A stretch of 64,000 nucleotides of DNA from Candidatus Latescibacterota bacterium (GTDB lineage Bacteria; Latescibacterota; UBA2968; GCA-2709665), in contig OZ250150.1 in the NCBI GenBank assembly GCA_965237675.1, forward strand, positions 3,936,001 through 4,000,000, given 5' to 3'. Below the pieces are notes generated by a model, which was not told the origin of the DNA, searched no databases, and saw nothing but the letters and a program-made list of their open reading frames with translations. Position numbers and translations under genes: made by a program. Positions 1 to 10,300 of this stretch are shown in pieces; the first letter of the stretch is position 1, and each line of letters starts with the position of its first letter.

Positions 1-2
1 TG

Positions 3-2885
3 TCCGCCCTCACGTTCTTTCTTGGAGCCGTGTTACGTCGGCAGGCTGCAGTGACGGTGCTGACCATCGCGTATGTCCTGATTGTACTCTTGTTTCTCGG
101 ACGCCGATACGGGGGCATTTACGATTTCGGCGCATTTTTCGCCCCCGTGTTCTATTCGGATATGCTCGGGCTTGGCGACATCCGGCGGGTTGTGGAAATC
201 CGGTTCTTCTACATGATGGTTGCCATGTTTTTCTTCGGTCTGTCAATCGACAGGTATCCGCGCCTGCCGCAATCCAGGTCCTGGCGCAGGTTTGGCCGGT
301 GTCTGACCGCGGGCGGTTTCGTCGCCGCGCTGGGGTTGTTCCTTTATATGGAGAATCTGGACGCGACCGACCTCGACTACAGGTCGGCGCACCTGGAATT
401 TCAGGAAAGATACGCCGAACAGCCAACGGTTGCAGTAACGCATTACACCCTCGATCTGGACCTGGCGACCGACCGGGCGCCGCTGCTTGGCAGGGCGGTC
501 CTGCAAGTCTTGAACCCTCATCCCATACCCCTGGATACCCTGGTTTTCAGTCTCAACCCGGGATTGCGTTTGCGGTCTGTGGGCACACAGCAGGAAGGGG
601 GCGTTAATGTCAACTGGCGTCGCGATTTCTCAACCGTGCGGGTCGTGCGCCAACTGCAACCCGATAGTCTGGCTACACTGGTTTTTGTATACGACGGGTG
701 GATTGATCGCAGCGGATTCGACCTGAGGCGTCATCCGGACACAAGGCGTCTGCAAAAAAGGCGTTCGGGGCCGGGAACAAAAGGTGATCTGACCGCCTGG
801 ATTCACCACGATTCCGTATTTCTGCCGCCTCGCAGCCGGTGGTATCCCACGCCGGGCGTGGATTACGGCCATCAGGATGGCAGACCCTTTTCCTTCGCAA
901 CGGCAGACCTCAACATTTCTCTTCCCGCCGGGCTGGAAATTGCAACCCAGGGTGTGCCGGTTAACAGAGAACAACTGCGTAAACGGGAGATCCATACATG
1001 GAAAGTGGAAACCCCGGTACCCGTTCTTTCGCTCAATGCCGGCGTCTATCGTGTTTTTCGGGCTCGAATTCATGATATCGACTGTGCTATTTATGTGCAT
1101 CCGGCCCACGCCAGGCAGGTCACCTTTTTCGAAGACGCAAAAGATGACGCCATTAAAACCCTGGGCGAAATCCTGGATAGCGTTGAGCAGGAGACCAGTC
1201 TGGCTTACCCCTATCAACGGCTTTCGGTAGTGGAGGTGCCATTTCAGATACAATGGTATTACGACGGATGGGAGGAAGCGGGTGGATTGGTACAGCCCGG
1301 CGTGCTGATGCTGGAAGAGGATGTCCTGATGCGGTTGAAGTTACGCCAGCGGCTGAAGTGGATGCAGCGGCGGCAACGGCGAAACGACGACCCGTCGCGA
1401 GTCAAGCGGGATCTGCTGGTCAGCACGGTCCTGAACACGTTTCTCGCGAGGGAATCGGCTCAGAGTGGAATATATCGGAGTCCTGTTGCGCAACTCTGGT
1501 CGTTCAACAAGGGATTCGAAGGCGAACACTATTCCCTGCTCAAGCGCGGAATGCCAGTCTATATGCAGAAGCATCTCGGAACCAATTTACAGCAGACGTT
1601 CTATTCGCGGCGGGGCCGGTTTCGCGGGCGGTTCCGGCGAGAAAGAGGCGTGGGCGGCGTCTCGTGGGATACGATAACCACACGGATGCGGCAGCGTTCC
1701 TTCGCGGAACTGGACCCGAGCGGCGAAGCGGAACTCTACCGCGCGGTCGTCGACGCCAAGGGCGCCTCCATGTTCGGCATGATGCAGGCGGTGGTGGGGG
1801 ACGAGTCATTCCGGGATGTGGTGAGCGGGTTCGATGAGGCGAATCGACACGTCGGGGTTGACTTCGCTTCGTTTGAACAGGCGGCGATCGGGGATTCCTC
1901 ACGCCAGGTGAACAGGCCCATCCTGAATCGCCTGGTCCGCGACTGGCTGCACGGTACGCAGGTGCCGGGATACACACTGACACGGGCAAAAGCATATAAG
2001 GTGGACGATGGGTGGGGTATGCTGACGTATCAGGTCATTGTGCGGATCCGAAACGGTGAACCCGGGCGCGGGTTTGTCCAGATTCGAGCGATGGGCAACG
2101 AGGACGAGGCCGTAAAGGGAGTCGAGATAGAGGGCGGGCAGGAAGTGGAGGTGGGGTTGATCCTATGGGAACGGCCCTTAAGGTTGAGTGTCGAGCCATT
2201 CTTTGCACGCAACCGACGCGTCCTGATGGCGCCGTTGCGAATTCCCGAACAGCCGATGGACGGGTCTGCCACGACCTACGTGAGGGAGGTTGCCCCGGAC
2301 GAGACCGGATTGACGGAGATCATCGTGGACAACGATGATGAAGGATTCGAGATGCCGGTCCGCAGAGTGCGGCGTTATTTGAGGCCGCATTTGAAGGGCG
2401 ACAACTGGCAGGAGCGCCAGATGCCGTTTGCCTTCGGCCGGTATGAGAACAACTTCCGATGGAAGAAACCCGGCGACGGCGCGCAACCCGCCGTTTGGAC
2501 CGCAAGGTTGCCGCACAGCGGGGATTACGATGTCTACTATTTTTTCGTTCCTTACAGGTTTTCAAGGCGTCTGCGCATGGCATCCGAGTTCAATCTGGCC
2601 GTCTTTCACGGTGAGGCGGTGGATACACTGGCAGTCGAAGCACGCGAACTGAAGGCGGGCTGGAACGTCCTGGGTCGTTATCGGTTCGAGCAGGGGGAAC
2701 TGGCACGCGTCGAATTGTCGGACCGTGCCAATGGGCGCCTGTACGCCGACGCGGTGCGCTGGAGGTACGTCGATCCGGACCATCCCGAGGAGGTATATGA
2801 AGAGGAACTCCCCACTTGGAACTTCGGCCGCCGCCGCAGGGGTGACCGGAGCGGGCGGGAACAAAGGCGCGGAGGACAATGGTAA
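3..2885 (+). CDS. ABC-permease/M1-aminopeptidase-like membrane protein with C-terminal golvesin/xanthan-lyase-CBD-like domain (5'-truncated by window edge)
   Basis: Frame open from position 3. N-terminal TM helices; M1-like segments (VTHYTLDLDL, FSLNPGL, YPYQRLSVVEVP) with no HEXXH. C-terminal IIVDNDDEGF...WTARLPHSGDYDVY...YADAVRW resembles the golvesin C-terminal domain. Confidence 0.7.
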   Translation, partial: SALTFFLGAVLRRQAAVTVLTIAYVLIVLLFLGRRYGGIYDFGAFFAPVFYSDMLGLGDIRRVVEIRFFYMMVAMFFFGLSIDRYPRLPQSRSWRRFGRCLTAGGFVAALGLFLYMENLDATDLDYRSAHLEFQERYAEQPTVAVTHYTLDLDLATDRAPLLGRAVLQVLNPHPIPLDTLVFSLNPGLRLRSVGTQQEGGVNVNWRRDFSTVRVVRQLQPDSLATLVFVYDGWIDRSGFDLRRHPDTRRLQKRRSGPGTKGDLTAWIHHDSVFLPPRSRWYPTPGVDYGHQDGRPFSFATADLNISLPAGLEIATQGVPVNREQLRKREIHTWKVETPVPVLSLNAGVYRVFRARIHDIDCAIYVHPAHARQVTFFEDAKDDAIKTLGEILDSVEQETSLAYPYQRLSVVEVPFQIQWYYDGWEEAGGLVQPGVLMLEEDVLMRLKLRQRLKWMQRRQRRNDDPSRVKRDLLVSTVLNTFLARESAQSGIYRSPVAQLWSFNKGFEGEHYSLLKRGMPVYMQKHLGTNLQQTFYSRRGRFRGRFRRERGVGGVSWDTITTRMRQRSFAELDPSGEAELYRAVVDAKGASMFGMMQAVVGDESFRDVVSGFDEANRHVGVDFASFEQAAIGDSSRQVNRPILNRLVRDWLHGTQVPGYTLTRAKAYKVDDGWGMLTYQVIVRIRNGEPGRGFVQIRAMGNEDEAVKGVEIEGGQEVEVGLILWERPLRLSVEPFFARNRRVLMAPLRIPEQPMDGSATTYVREVAPDETGLTEIIVDNDDEGFEMPVRRVRRYLRPHLKGDNWQERQMPFAFGRYENNFRWKKPGDGAQPAVWTARLPHSGDYDVYYFFVPYRFSRRLRMASEFNLAVFHGEAVDTLAVEARELKAGWNVLGRYRFEQGELARVELSDRANGRLYADAVRWRYVDPDHPEEVYEEELPTWNFGRRRRGDRSGREQRRGGQW

Positions 2886-2929
2886 TTAACTGCGTATCAA
2901 GGGCATATAACTTTTTGGTGAGGTTTGTT

Positions 2930-4006
2930 TTGAATCGACGATTTTCTGAATTCTGGGTGCTATTCAGCGCTGTTTCCGTGCTGTCCGGTTGCGGCGGGCA
3001 AACCGAGCAGCGGTCCGTGGATCTGACAGTTCCGGTAACGGTTCAGGCTGTGAGGCTGGATACAATGGAGGCGACGGTGGCCGCCACGGGCACGCTCCGC
3101 TCCATAAAAGAGGCTCGAATTCAAACTGAGGTCGAGGGCATTATTCGATTTGTCGGCCGGGACGGTTGGGGAAGGCCAACCGAAGGCTTGCGGGTTTCCC
3201 GAAACCAGGTGATTGCCAGCCTGGTGAACAAGGAGCTTGTTGTGAACGCCCGGCTGGAATCCCGGGAGCTTGCGCGGGCCACTGCGAAGCGAACGCTGCG
3301 CGAACAGGAGGTACTTGTTGAGCGCAAGCTGAGCACACGGAGAGATCTGGAAGAAGCACGCCACGCCCTTGCCGAAGCCGAATCAAACTATGAAGACGCC
3401 ATCGTTCAGATCGCCAAGACAACGATTCGGACACCTATCGCCGGGTTTTTGACGGGCCTGGCCGATATTACCGAAGGTACACTGGTCGACGCCCGTACGA
3501 CCATCGCGACGGTGATGGATTACAGCCAGGTACTCGTCGATCTCAAAATACCGAATGCCTATATTTCTTCGGTGATGCCGGGCCAGGTTGTGCGAGTGGA
3601 GAACTATGCGTTGCCCAACCGACTGTTCTTTGGCACCATCAAGGTGGTGGACCCGGCCATCGATCCGACGACCCGTACGTTCCGGGTGGTGGGGGCCGTG
3701 GAAAACTCGAACCTGATGTTGCGACCGGGCATGTTCGTGACGGCGGAGATTGTGACGGAGTCACACGAAAACGCCGTGGTCATTCCGCGTCGCTATGTCC
3801 TGACCCGTCAGAATCGCAAGGTCGTGTTCGTTGAAGAGGAGGGGAGGGCGCAGATGCGCAACGTGGAACCGGGGTTGGAGGGGCCGGAGTTGGTCGAAAT
3901 CCTGGAAGGTCTTGAACCTGGAGAGCGCCTGATTACCAGCAACTACGAGACCCTGCGGCCCCGAACGCGCGTCCGGGTAACCGGTGCGGGAGTGCCAGGG
4001 CGGTAA
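2930..4006 (+). CDS. RND efflux periplasmic adaptor (membrane fusion protein), probable lipoprotein
   Basis: MFP motifs (TPIAG, IDPTTRTF, LRPGMF, GLEPGERLI). TTG at 2930 after GAGG gives a lipobox LSGC about 20 aa in; alternative ATG at 2879. Confidence 0.9.
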   Translation: MNRRFSEFWVLFSAVSVLSGCGGQTEQRSVDLTVPVTVQAVRLDTMEATVAATGTLRSIKEARIQTEVEGIIRFVGRDGWGRPTEGLRVSRNQVIASLVNKELVVNARLESRELARATAKRTLREQEVLVERKLSTRRDLEEARHALAEAESNYEDAIVQIAKTTIRTPIAGFLTGLADITEGTLVDARTTIATVMDYSQVLVDLKIPNAYISSVMPGQVVRVENYALPNRLFFGTIKVVDPAIDPTTRTFRVVGAVENSNLMLRPGMFVTAEIVTESHENAVVIPRRYVLTRQNRKVVFVEEEGRAQMRNVEPGLEGPELVEILEGLEPGERLITSNYETLRPRTRVRVTGAGVPGR

Positions 4007-4244
4007 TGAACACGAGCGCCGGTCGTCCGCGGTCCGAGGAATGGTACCGGCTTGAAAAATCCCATCTGCGCCGATATATCAACGCAAAACACAGTGTGAG
4101 TTCTGAATTGAAGCCCTCTGGGACGCACGGACCGCGTATGCCCCTTCCGGAGGGTCCTTTTTAGGCCTGCGGGTCGGGAAGCGCATTCGCACGAGCAACC
4201 AGCGATAAGACACCTGGCCACATCCTTTTCAAAGAGTTGAATCG

Positions 4245-7200
4245 ATGTCATTGCCCGAATTTTCGACAAAGTATCCCGTGACGGTTGCGATGGCCACGCT
4301 GGCGGTAGCGCTCCTGGGTTGGATCTCGCTGGCGCGGCTGGACGTGGATCTGTTGCCCGACCTGCGTTCTCCCGTGATAACCGTCGATTTGCGTTTTCCG
4401 GGAAAGACGCCCATGGAGATGGAAGAGCGTTACGCGCGAAGGCTCGAAGGGGATATCGGTACGGTCCGCCACGTCAAACGTGTACATTCCGTGTCTCGCT
4501 CCGGACAAGCCGTGGTGATCGCGGAATTTGAATGGGATGCGGATATGGATTTCGCCCTGCTCGATGTACAAAAGAAAGTGGGGCGGTACGCAGCGGATCC
4601 CGATATCACGAGTCTGGACGTTACACAGGAAGACCCCCATGCGCTGCCGGTGATGCGTCTGGCCGTCTACGGAGCGGATTGGCAGGATCCGGACGAACTG
4701 CTGGGTAGCGTGGAAACGGTGATCAGGCCGAAACTGGAAGGGTTTCCGGGGGTGGCTTCAGTCGAAATCGAAGGGGGGGCCGAGAAAGAGATTCGTGTCA
4801 CGCTGGATTCCTATCTCCTGGAGGCCTTTGGCGTTGGTTCCGAAACGGTCGTCTCGAGGATTCGTGAGGCGAATGCGGATGTCTCCGGGGGAACGTTGAA
4901 GGATGGGCAACGTACCTATCTGGTCAAGGGTCTGGGACGTCTGACCGATTTGCAGGACGTGAACAACCTGGTGGTGGGCGAGCGCAGGGGCGGCGCCACC
5001 AACGGCCAGGAAGACGCCCCCACCCAGCGCGTACCCGTCACCGTGGCCGATGTGGGCACTGTGGCGTTACGTTACATGGAGCGGGAAACCATTGTGCGCC
5101 TCGATGGTATGGAGTGCGTGGGCCTTTCCGTATACAAGGAAGCGGGCGCGAATACGTCGGCGGTGGTCAACGGGGTTCTTCGAGAATTGGAAGGCCTGGA
5201 GGCAGATCTGGCGGGCGTCCGGTTTACCGTGGTGGAGAATCAGGCACGCTTTGTCGAGCGAGCGGTAAACGAAGTGGAAGAAGCGGCCGTGCTCGGCGCG
5301 TTGCTGGCCCTTGGCGTGCTGCTGGCTGCGCTCCGGCAGTGGACGGCCACACTGGTCATCGGCCTGGCCATTCCAATTTCCGTACTGGCCACCTTCACGC
5401 TGATGTACTTCCAGGGTTTGACGTTGAATGTGATGACCCTGGGCGGGTTGGCGCTAGGCGCTGGCATGCTGGTTGACAATGCCATTGTGGTGATTGAAAA
5501 CATCTACCGGCATATCGAACGGGGAGAAACAGCCGCCGAAGCCTCCATCCGAGGTGCGGGCGAGGTCGGTGTGGCCATTCTGGCTTCCACACTTACCACG
5601 GTGTCCGTGTTTCTGCCCATCGTCTATCTTCACGGGTTGGCCGGCGAACTCTTCAAGGAGCAGGCGTGGACGGTCGCGTTTTCGCTGATTTCGTCTCTGG
5701 TGGTGGCCATGACGCTGGTCCCGATGTTGACCGCCCGTCTCTTCAGGCGGTTTCCTCGCCGAGCCCCCAGAGCCGCTGGATCAGCCATATTCGGACGATT
5801 TCTGGCAGCATCACTCAACCGTAAGGGCCGCACGATGGCAGTGCTTGTCGCCTTTCTTCTGGCCGCTGTGTACATGGCCCGGTCCATCCATACGTCTTTT
5901 ATTCCCAGGGAAGACGAGGGTGTACTTCACGTGGCCCTCGCGCTGCCGGAGGGCACAAGGCTCGAGTCCACGGACAGGGTGGCGAGACGCGTTGCCGCAA
6001 TCACACAGGCGGTCGCCGGAGAGGAAGCCCTGCACATCTACCTCCGCGCGGGAACCGATTCGAACCGGCTGACGGCCGTGGGCGAACCCTCCGGCCCAAA
6101 CAGGGCCGAGTTGACGGTGGTGCTGGCGCAGCGAACGGACCGCCGTAGTGTCTCCGAACTGACCACCGCGCTGGATACGGCCATTCGGGAAGTGCCGAAT
6201 ATCAAGGTCAACTATCGACTTCAAAAGGCTGCATTAGAAGGACTTATCCGAGGAGATGCCGCTCCGGTTCAAGTCGAGGTGAGCGGCGAGAACCTGGCGT
6301 TACTTCGGGAATTGACGGCAGATCTGAAACGGCGCATGGCGGGGTTGCGCACGGTATATAACGTGCGAACGAGCTTTCAGGATGGTCAGCCCGAAGTGGA
6401 CGTGGTGTTGCGGCCGGACGTCACAGCGGCGTTTGGCCTGACCGCGGAGAATCTGGTGCGCGAACTCGGGCGGAGGCTGGGAGGCGAGATAGTCGGGGAA
6501 CTCTCCAAGGACCAGCGGGCGCGAACCATCCGGGTGGGTTTCGAAGATTTGGATCTTCGTGCGTTGAAACACGCGAGAATTGACGGCCCCGACGGTGCAA
6601 TGCTCACTCTGGGAGATCTCGCCGACCTGCGGGTGGTCCATGGGCCACGGGAGATATTGCGCGACGGGCAGCGTCGGGTGGGCAGGGTATCGGCTTACCT
6701 GACCGAAGGGGTGGTATTGAGCCAGGCGGCGACGCAGATCAGACAGGCGGTGGAACAGATGGCCATTCCGCACGGGTACCGGTTGACGGTTACTGGCGAG
6801 GAACGGGAACGGGCCGAGTCGTTTGCCGGTCTGCAATTCGCCCTGTTACTGTCGGTTGTGCTCGTCTATATGGTAATGGCTTCGCTTTTCGAGTCTTTAC
6901 TCCATCCGTTTACCGTGATGCTGACGGTGCCGCTGGCAGGCATCGGGGTCGTGTTCGCATTTTGGAGTCTTGGAGAGGCGTTTGGCGTGATGGCGTTCAT
7001 CGGAGCGATTATGCTGGGAGGTATCGCCGTGAACGACGCCATTATTCTGGTGGACCGGATCAACCAGCTCCGGCGCGATACGGGCGACTTGAGGACGGCC
7101 GTTCTCCAGGGGGCACAGGATCGGCTGCGTCCGATCCTGATGACCAGCGCCACAACCATTCTGGCGCTGTTGCCCATGGCGGTGGGGGTTGGGGAGGGAG

Positions 7201-7328
7201 CCCGGCTCAGGGCGCCGATGGCGGTGGCGGTTATCGGCGGGTTGGTGACGTCCACGCTGATGACGCTTGTGGTGATTCCGGTCGTTTACGAATTGATCGA
7301 ACGGGTCAGAATCAGGAGGGCGCCGTGA
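4245..7328 (+). CDS. RND efflux permease (AcrB/AcrD/AcrF family)
   Basis: 1027 aa; GMLVDNAIVVIENI, MASLFES, RLRPILMT motifs; two large periplasmic loops. Confidence 0.95.
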   Translation: MSLPEFSTKYPVTVAMATLAVALLGWISLARLDVDLLPDLRSPVITVDLRFPGKTPMEMEERYARRLEGDIGTVRHVKRVHSVSRSGQAVVIAEFEWDADMDFALLDVQKKVGRYAADPDITSLDVTQEDPHALPVMRLAVYGADWQDPDELLGSVETVIRPKLEGFPGVASVEIEGGAEKEIRVTLDSYLLEAFGVGSETVVSRIREANADVSGGTLKDGQRTYLVKGLGRLTDLQDVNNLVVGERRGGATNGQEDAPTQRVPVTVADVGTVALRYMERETIVRLDGMECVGLSVYKEAGANTSAVVNGVLRELEGLEADLAGVRFTVVENQARFVERAVNEVEEAAVLGALLALGVLLAALRQWTATLVIGLAIPISVLATFTLMYFQGLTLNVMTLGGLALGAGMLVDNAIVVIENIYRHIERGETAAEASIRGAGEVGVAILASTLTTVSVFLPIVYLHGLAGELFKEQAWTVAFSLISSLVVAMTLVPMLTARLFRRFPRRAPRAAGSAIFGRFLAASLNRKGRTMAVLVAFLLAAVYMARSIHTSFIPREDEGVLHVALALPEGTRLESTDRVARRVAAITQAVAGEEALHIYLRAGTDSNRLTAVGEPSGPNRAELTVVLAQRTDRRSVSELTTALDTAIREVPNIKVNYRLQKAALEGLIRGDAAPVQVEVSGENLALLRELTADLKRRMAGLRTVYNVRTSFQDGQPEVDVVLRPDVTAAFGLTAENLVRELGRRLGGEIVGELSKDQRARTIRVGFEDLDLRALKHARIDGPDGAMLTLGDLADLRVVHGPREILRDGQRRVGRVSAYLTEGVVLSQAATQIRQAVEQMAIPHGYRLTVTGEERERAESFAGLQFALLLSVVLVYMVMASLFESLLHPFTVMLTVPLAGIGVVFAFWSLGEAFGVMAFIGAIMLGGIAVNDAIILVDRINQLRRDTGDLRTAVLQGAQDRLRPILMTSATTILALLPMAVGVGEGARLRAPMAVAVIGGLVTSTLMTLVVIPVVYELIERVRIRRAP

Positions 7329-10300
7329 TTCTCCCCGATCTTGCCGTCCGGAGGCCGGTAACGACGTCCATGTTTTTCTCCGCATTGGCCATATTGGGTG
7401 TCGTGTCTTGGACCCGGCTTCCGGTACAGCTCTTTCCGGAGCTGATTTTTCCGGAAGTCTTCGTCACGCTCACGCTGCCCGGAGCGACTCCGGAACAGGT
7501 TGAAAGGGATCTGGTGATTCCGGCCGAAGGGGAGATTGGCAAGCTTGACGGGGTCCAGGAGATGGAGTCGTTTGCGATGGCAAATATGGGTGGCGTAAGG
7601 ATATCCTATGCCCCGGACGTGGATATGAAATTCGCCCTGCTTCAGCTCCAGAGCAACCTGAACAGATTACAGCCGACACTGCCCGAACGATCGCAAACTG
7701 ATGTACGGAGGTTTGATTCGACAGATCTGAGCAGCATCATCATGGAGCTTCACGTACTTGCCGATTGGGATCTGAACCAGCTCCGGGAGTTCACCGAGGA
7801 AAAGATCCGTCCTGAACTGGAGTCTATAGACGGTGTCGTGAATGTGTCCGTTATGGGTGGGCGGCGCAGTGCCGTGGAAATTGTCCTGGATCCGTTCCTG
7901 CTCGAGGCGCATGGACTTTCGACCGGACAGGTACGGGAACGCCTGAACAACTACAACCGGCGACGGGAATACCTGGGTCGCGTATATGACGGGAACAGGG
8001 CCTATTCGGTGAGCATTCAGGGACAGTTTACGGATCTGCGCCAGATCCGTAATCTGGTGTTGAACACGGACGGCACCCTCAGACTGGGCGACGTATCCCG
8101 GGTGGGATACGGACTGCAGGAACAGGCCGATCGTCACAGAGTCAACGGCAAACCTTCGGTGGGGGTCCGAATCCAGAAAGACGACGAAGCGAATCTGATC
8201 GAGGTGGCCGCGGCCGTCGAAGCGGCCATTGGCCGGCTGAATCGGGATTTCAAAGGCGAGGGCGTGGAATTGGGCGTGAGTTCGTCTCAGGCGGATCTGA
8301 TGTCCGGGGCGCTATCCACTCTGAAACAGGCGGCCATTGTAGGCGCTGTCCTCGGACTGATCGTGCTTTTTCTGTTTCTTCGAAACTTTCGTTTTGTCTC
8401 GGTCCTCCTGCTGGCCATTCCGGTTTCTCTTCTGATGACCTTTAATCTGATGTACCTGGGCGGGCTATCCGTAAACGTCCTGTCCCTTTGCGGCCTTGCC
8501 CTCGCGATGGGAATGCTTGCCGACAACGGCATTGTCGTGATGGAGAATATCTTCAAGCATTACGAGCGTGGAAAATCCCCTGTCCATGCAGCGCGTGACG
8601 GGGCGGCTGAGGTCGGGCGCGCGGTGGTCGCGGCAACCGCAACCACGGTAACCGCTTTTTTGCCTGTTTTGTTTATCGAGAGCGACGCGCGGGACCTGCT
8701 CCGTGAACTGGCGTTGTCCATGGCGTTTCCTCTTATGGCCTCCCTGCTGGTGGCGCTGACACTCGTACCGGCCCTGGCGGTGCGGGCACTGAGCCGCGAG
8801 GTCCGGCGACCACCCGATGTCCGTGGCTTGCTGGAACGGTATACGCTGTTGTTGAAAGCCGCCCTGCGGCACCGCGCGTTGGTGGCCCTGTCCGTAGGAG
8901 GTGCCCTTACACTGACACTCGTCGTGGCCTTCTATTACCTGCTTCAGCAGCAGGTACGGAGAGAGGAAACGCGATTTACGGTCTATGTGAACCTGCCGGA
9001 AGGGGCCACGCTGGATGCTACCGATGAAGTCGCGAAACAGGTGGAAGAATCTGTGCGTGACGTTCCCGGGCTGGATCGATTCACAACGTCGGTTCGGGAG
9101 GCGGAATCCAGCGTTACTGTCTTGCTGGAAGATCGGTCTGACCGGCCCGGCGACATCTCACTGGATGAAATCAAAGAACAACTCGACGAAAAACTGCAGA
9201 ACGTACAGGGCGGCGTGGTAGGGTACGAGCCCAGGCCACGGGCGGGGAGGGGCGGTCGTGGGCAGGGAATAGGACAGCGTCGGAGACGCAGTTCGGGTGG
9301 ATTCGATCTGACCGGGGCCACCCCGAACGAGCAGGCCGTGGTTCGAGGATACGACTTCACTTTACTGACAATGATTGCCAACGACGTGGTGTACCGCCTC
9401 GAGGAACTGGAGGAGGTCGACGCCAACAGCGTCCGCGCGGACGCCGAACGGAGTTCGCCCGAGGTTCAGGTGATACCCGATGCGGCGGCTCTGTTCGACA
9501 GGCAGCTTGGGACACGGGAGGTGTTGGCCGCAATGGGTGATACCCGTTGGGACGGTTTCCGTACCACCGTACCGTTTCTCCTGCCCGACGCAACCGAGAT
9601 ACCCATTGAAGTGCGTACAATTGAAGAGGAGGACCGGGACCGGTACGGGCTGGCTGAATTCAAGCGCTCCCGCATTCTCAACCAGGTCGGGCAGTACGTG
9701 TCTCTGGACGAAGTCGCGCGTGTTCGAACGGATGAAGGCAGGAGCAACCTGTTGAGGACCGACCAGGCCCGTCGGATCGTGGTTTCGTACCGGTTTCCTT
9801 CGGAAATTCTCGATTCACAACCGCGGTTGGAGACCGCGAGACGTGTCGTACGGACGACTCTTCAGGATATGGTGCTGCCGGAGGGCTATTCGATCGAAAT
9901 AACAGAGGCACAGGAGGAGACGATTTACTATTGGATGATGGGAGTTGCCGCGGTGCTCATCTACATGATTCTGGCCTCGCTGTTTGAATCTTTCGCGTCT
10001 CCGGTCATCATTCTGTGTACGCTACCACCCGCGGCCATTGGTTCCTGTTGGGCGCTGATGATGTCGGGTACGGGTCTGAGCCAGCAGGAGGGGCCCATGG
10101 CGCTGCTGGGCTTTGTTGTCCTGCTGGGCATTGCCGTGAATAACGGGATTATCCTGATCGATGCAGTCGGCGTGCTCAGGTCCCGATTCGGTTATCGCCG
10201 GGAACGCGCGGTATTGGCGGCGGCACGGTCCCGGGTACGACCGATATTGATGACGACGGCCACAACGCTTCTGGGCGTCCTACCGCTCGCTCTGGTATTC

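Noticed and set aside
6962-7324. N-terminal 121 aa of the 1691-aa ORF
   Set aside because: Overlaps RND-1 out of frame; RND homology and the SD point to GTG 7325.
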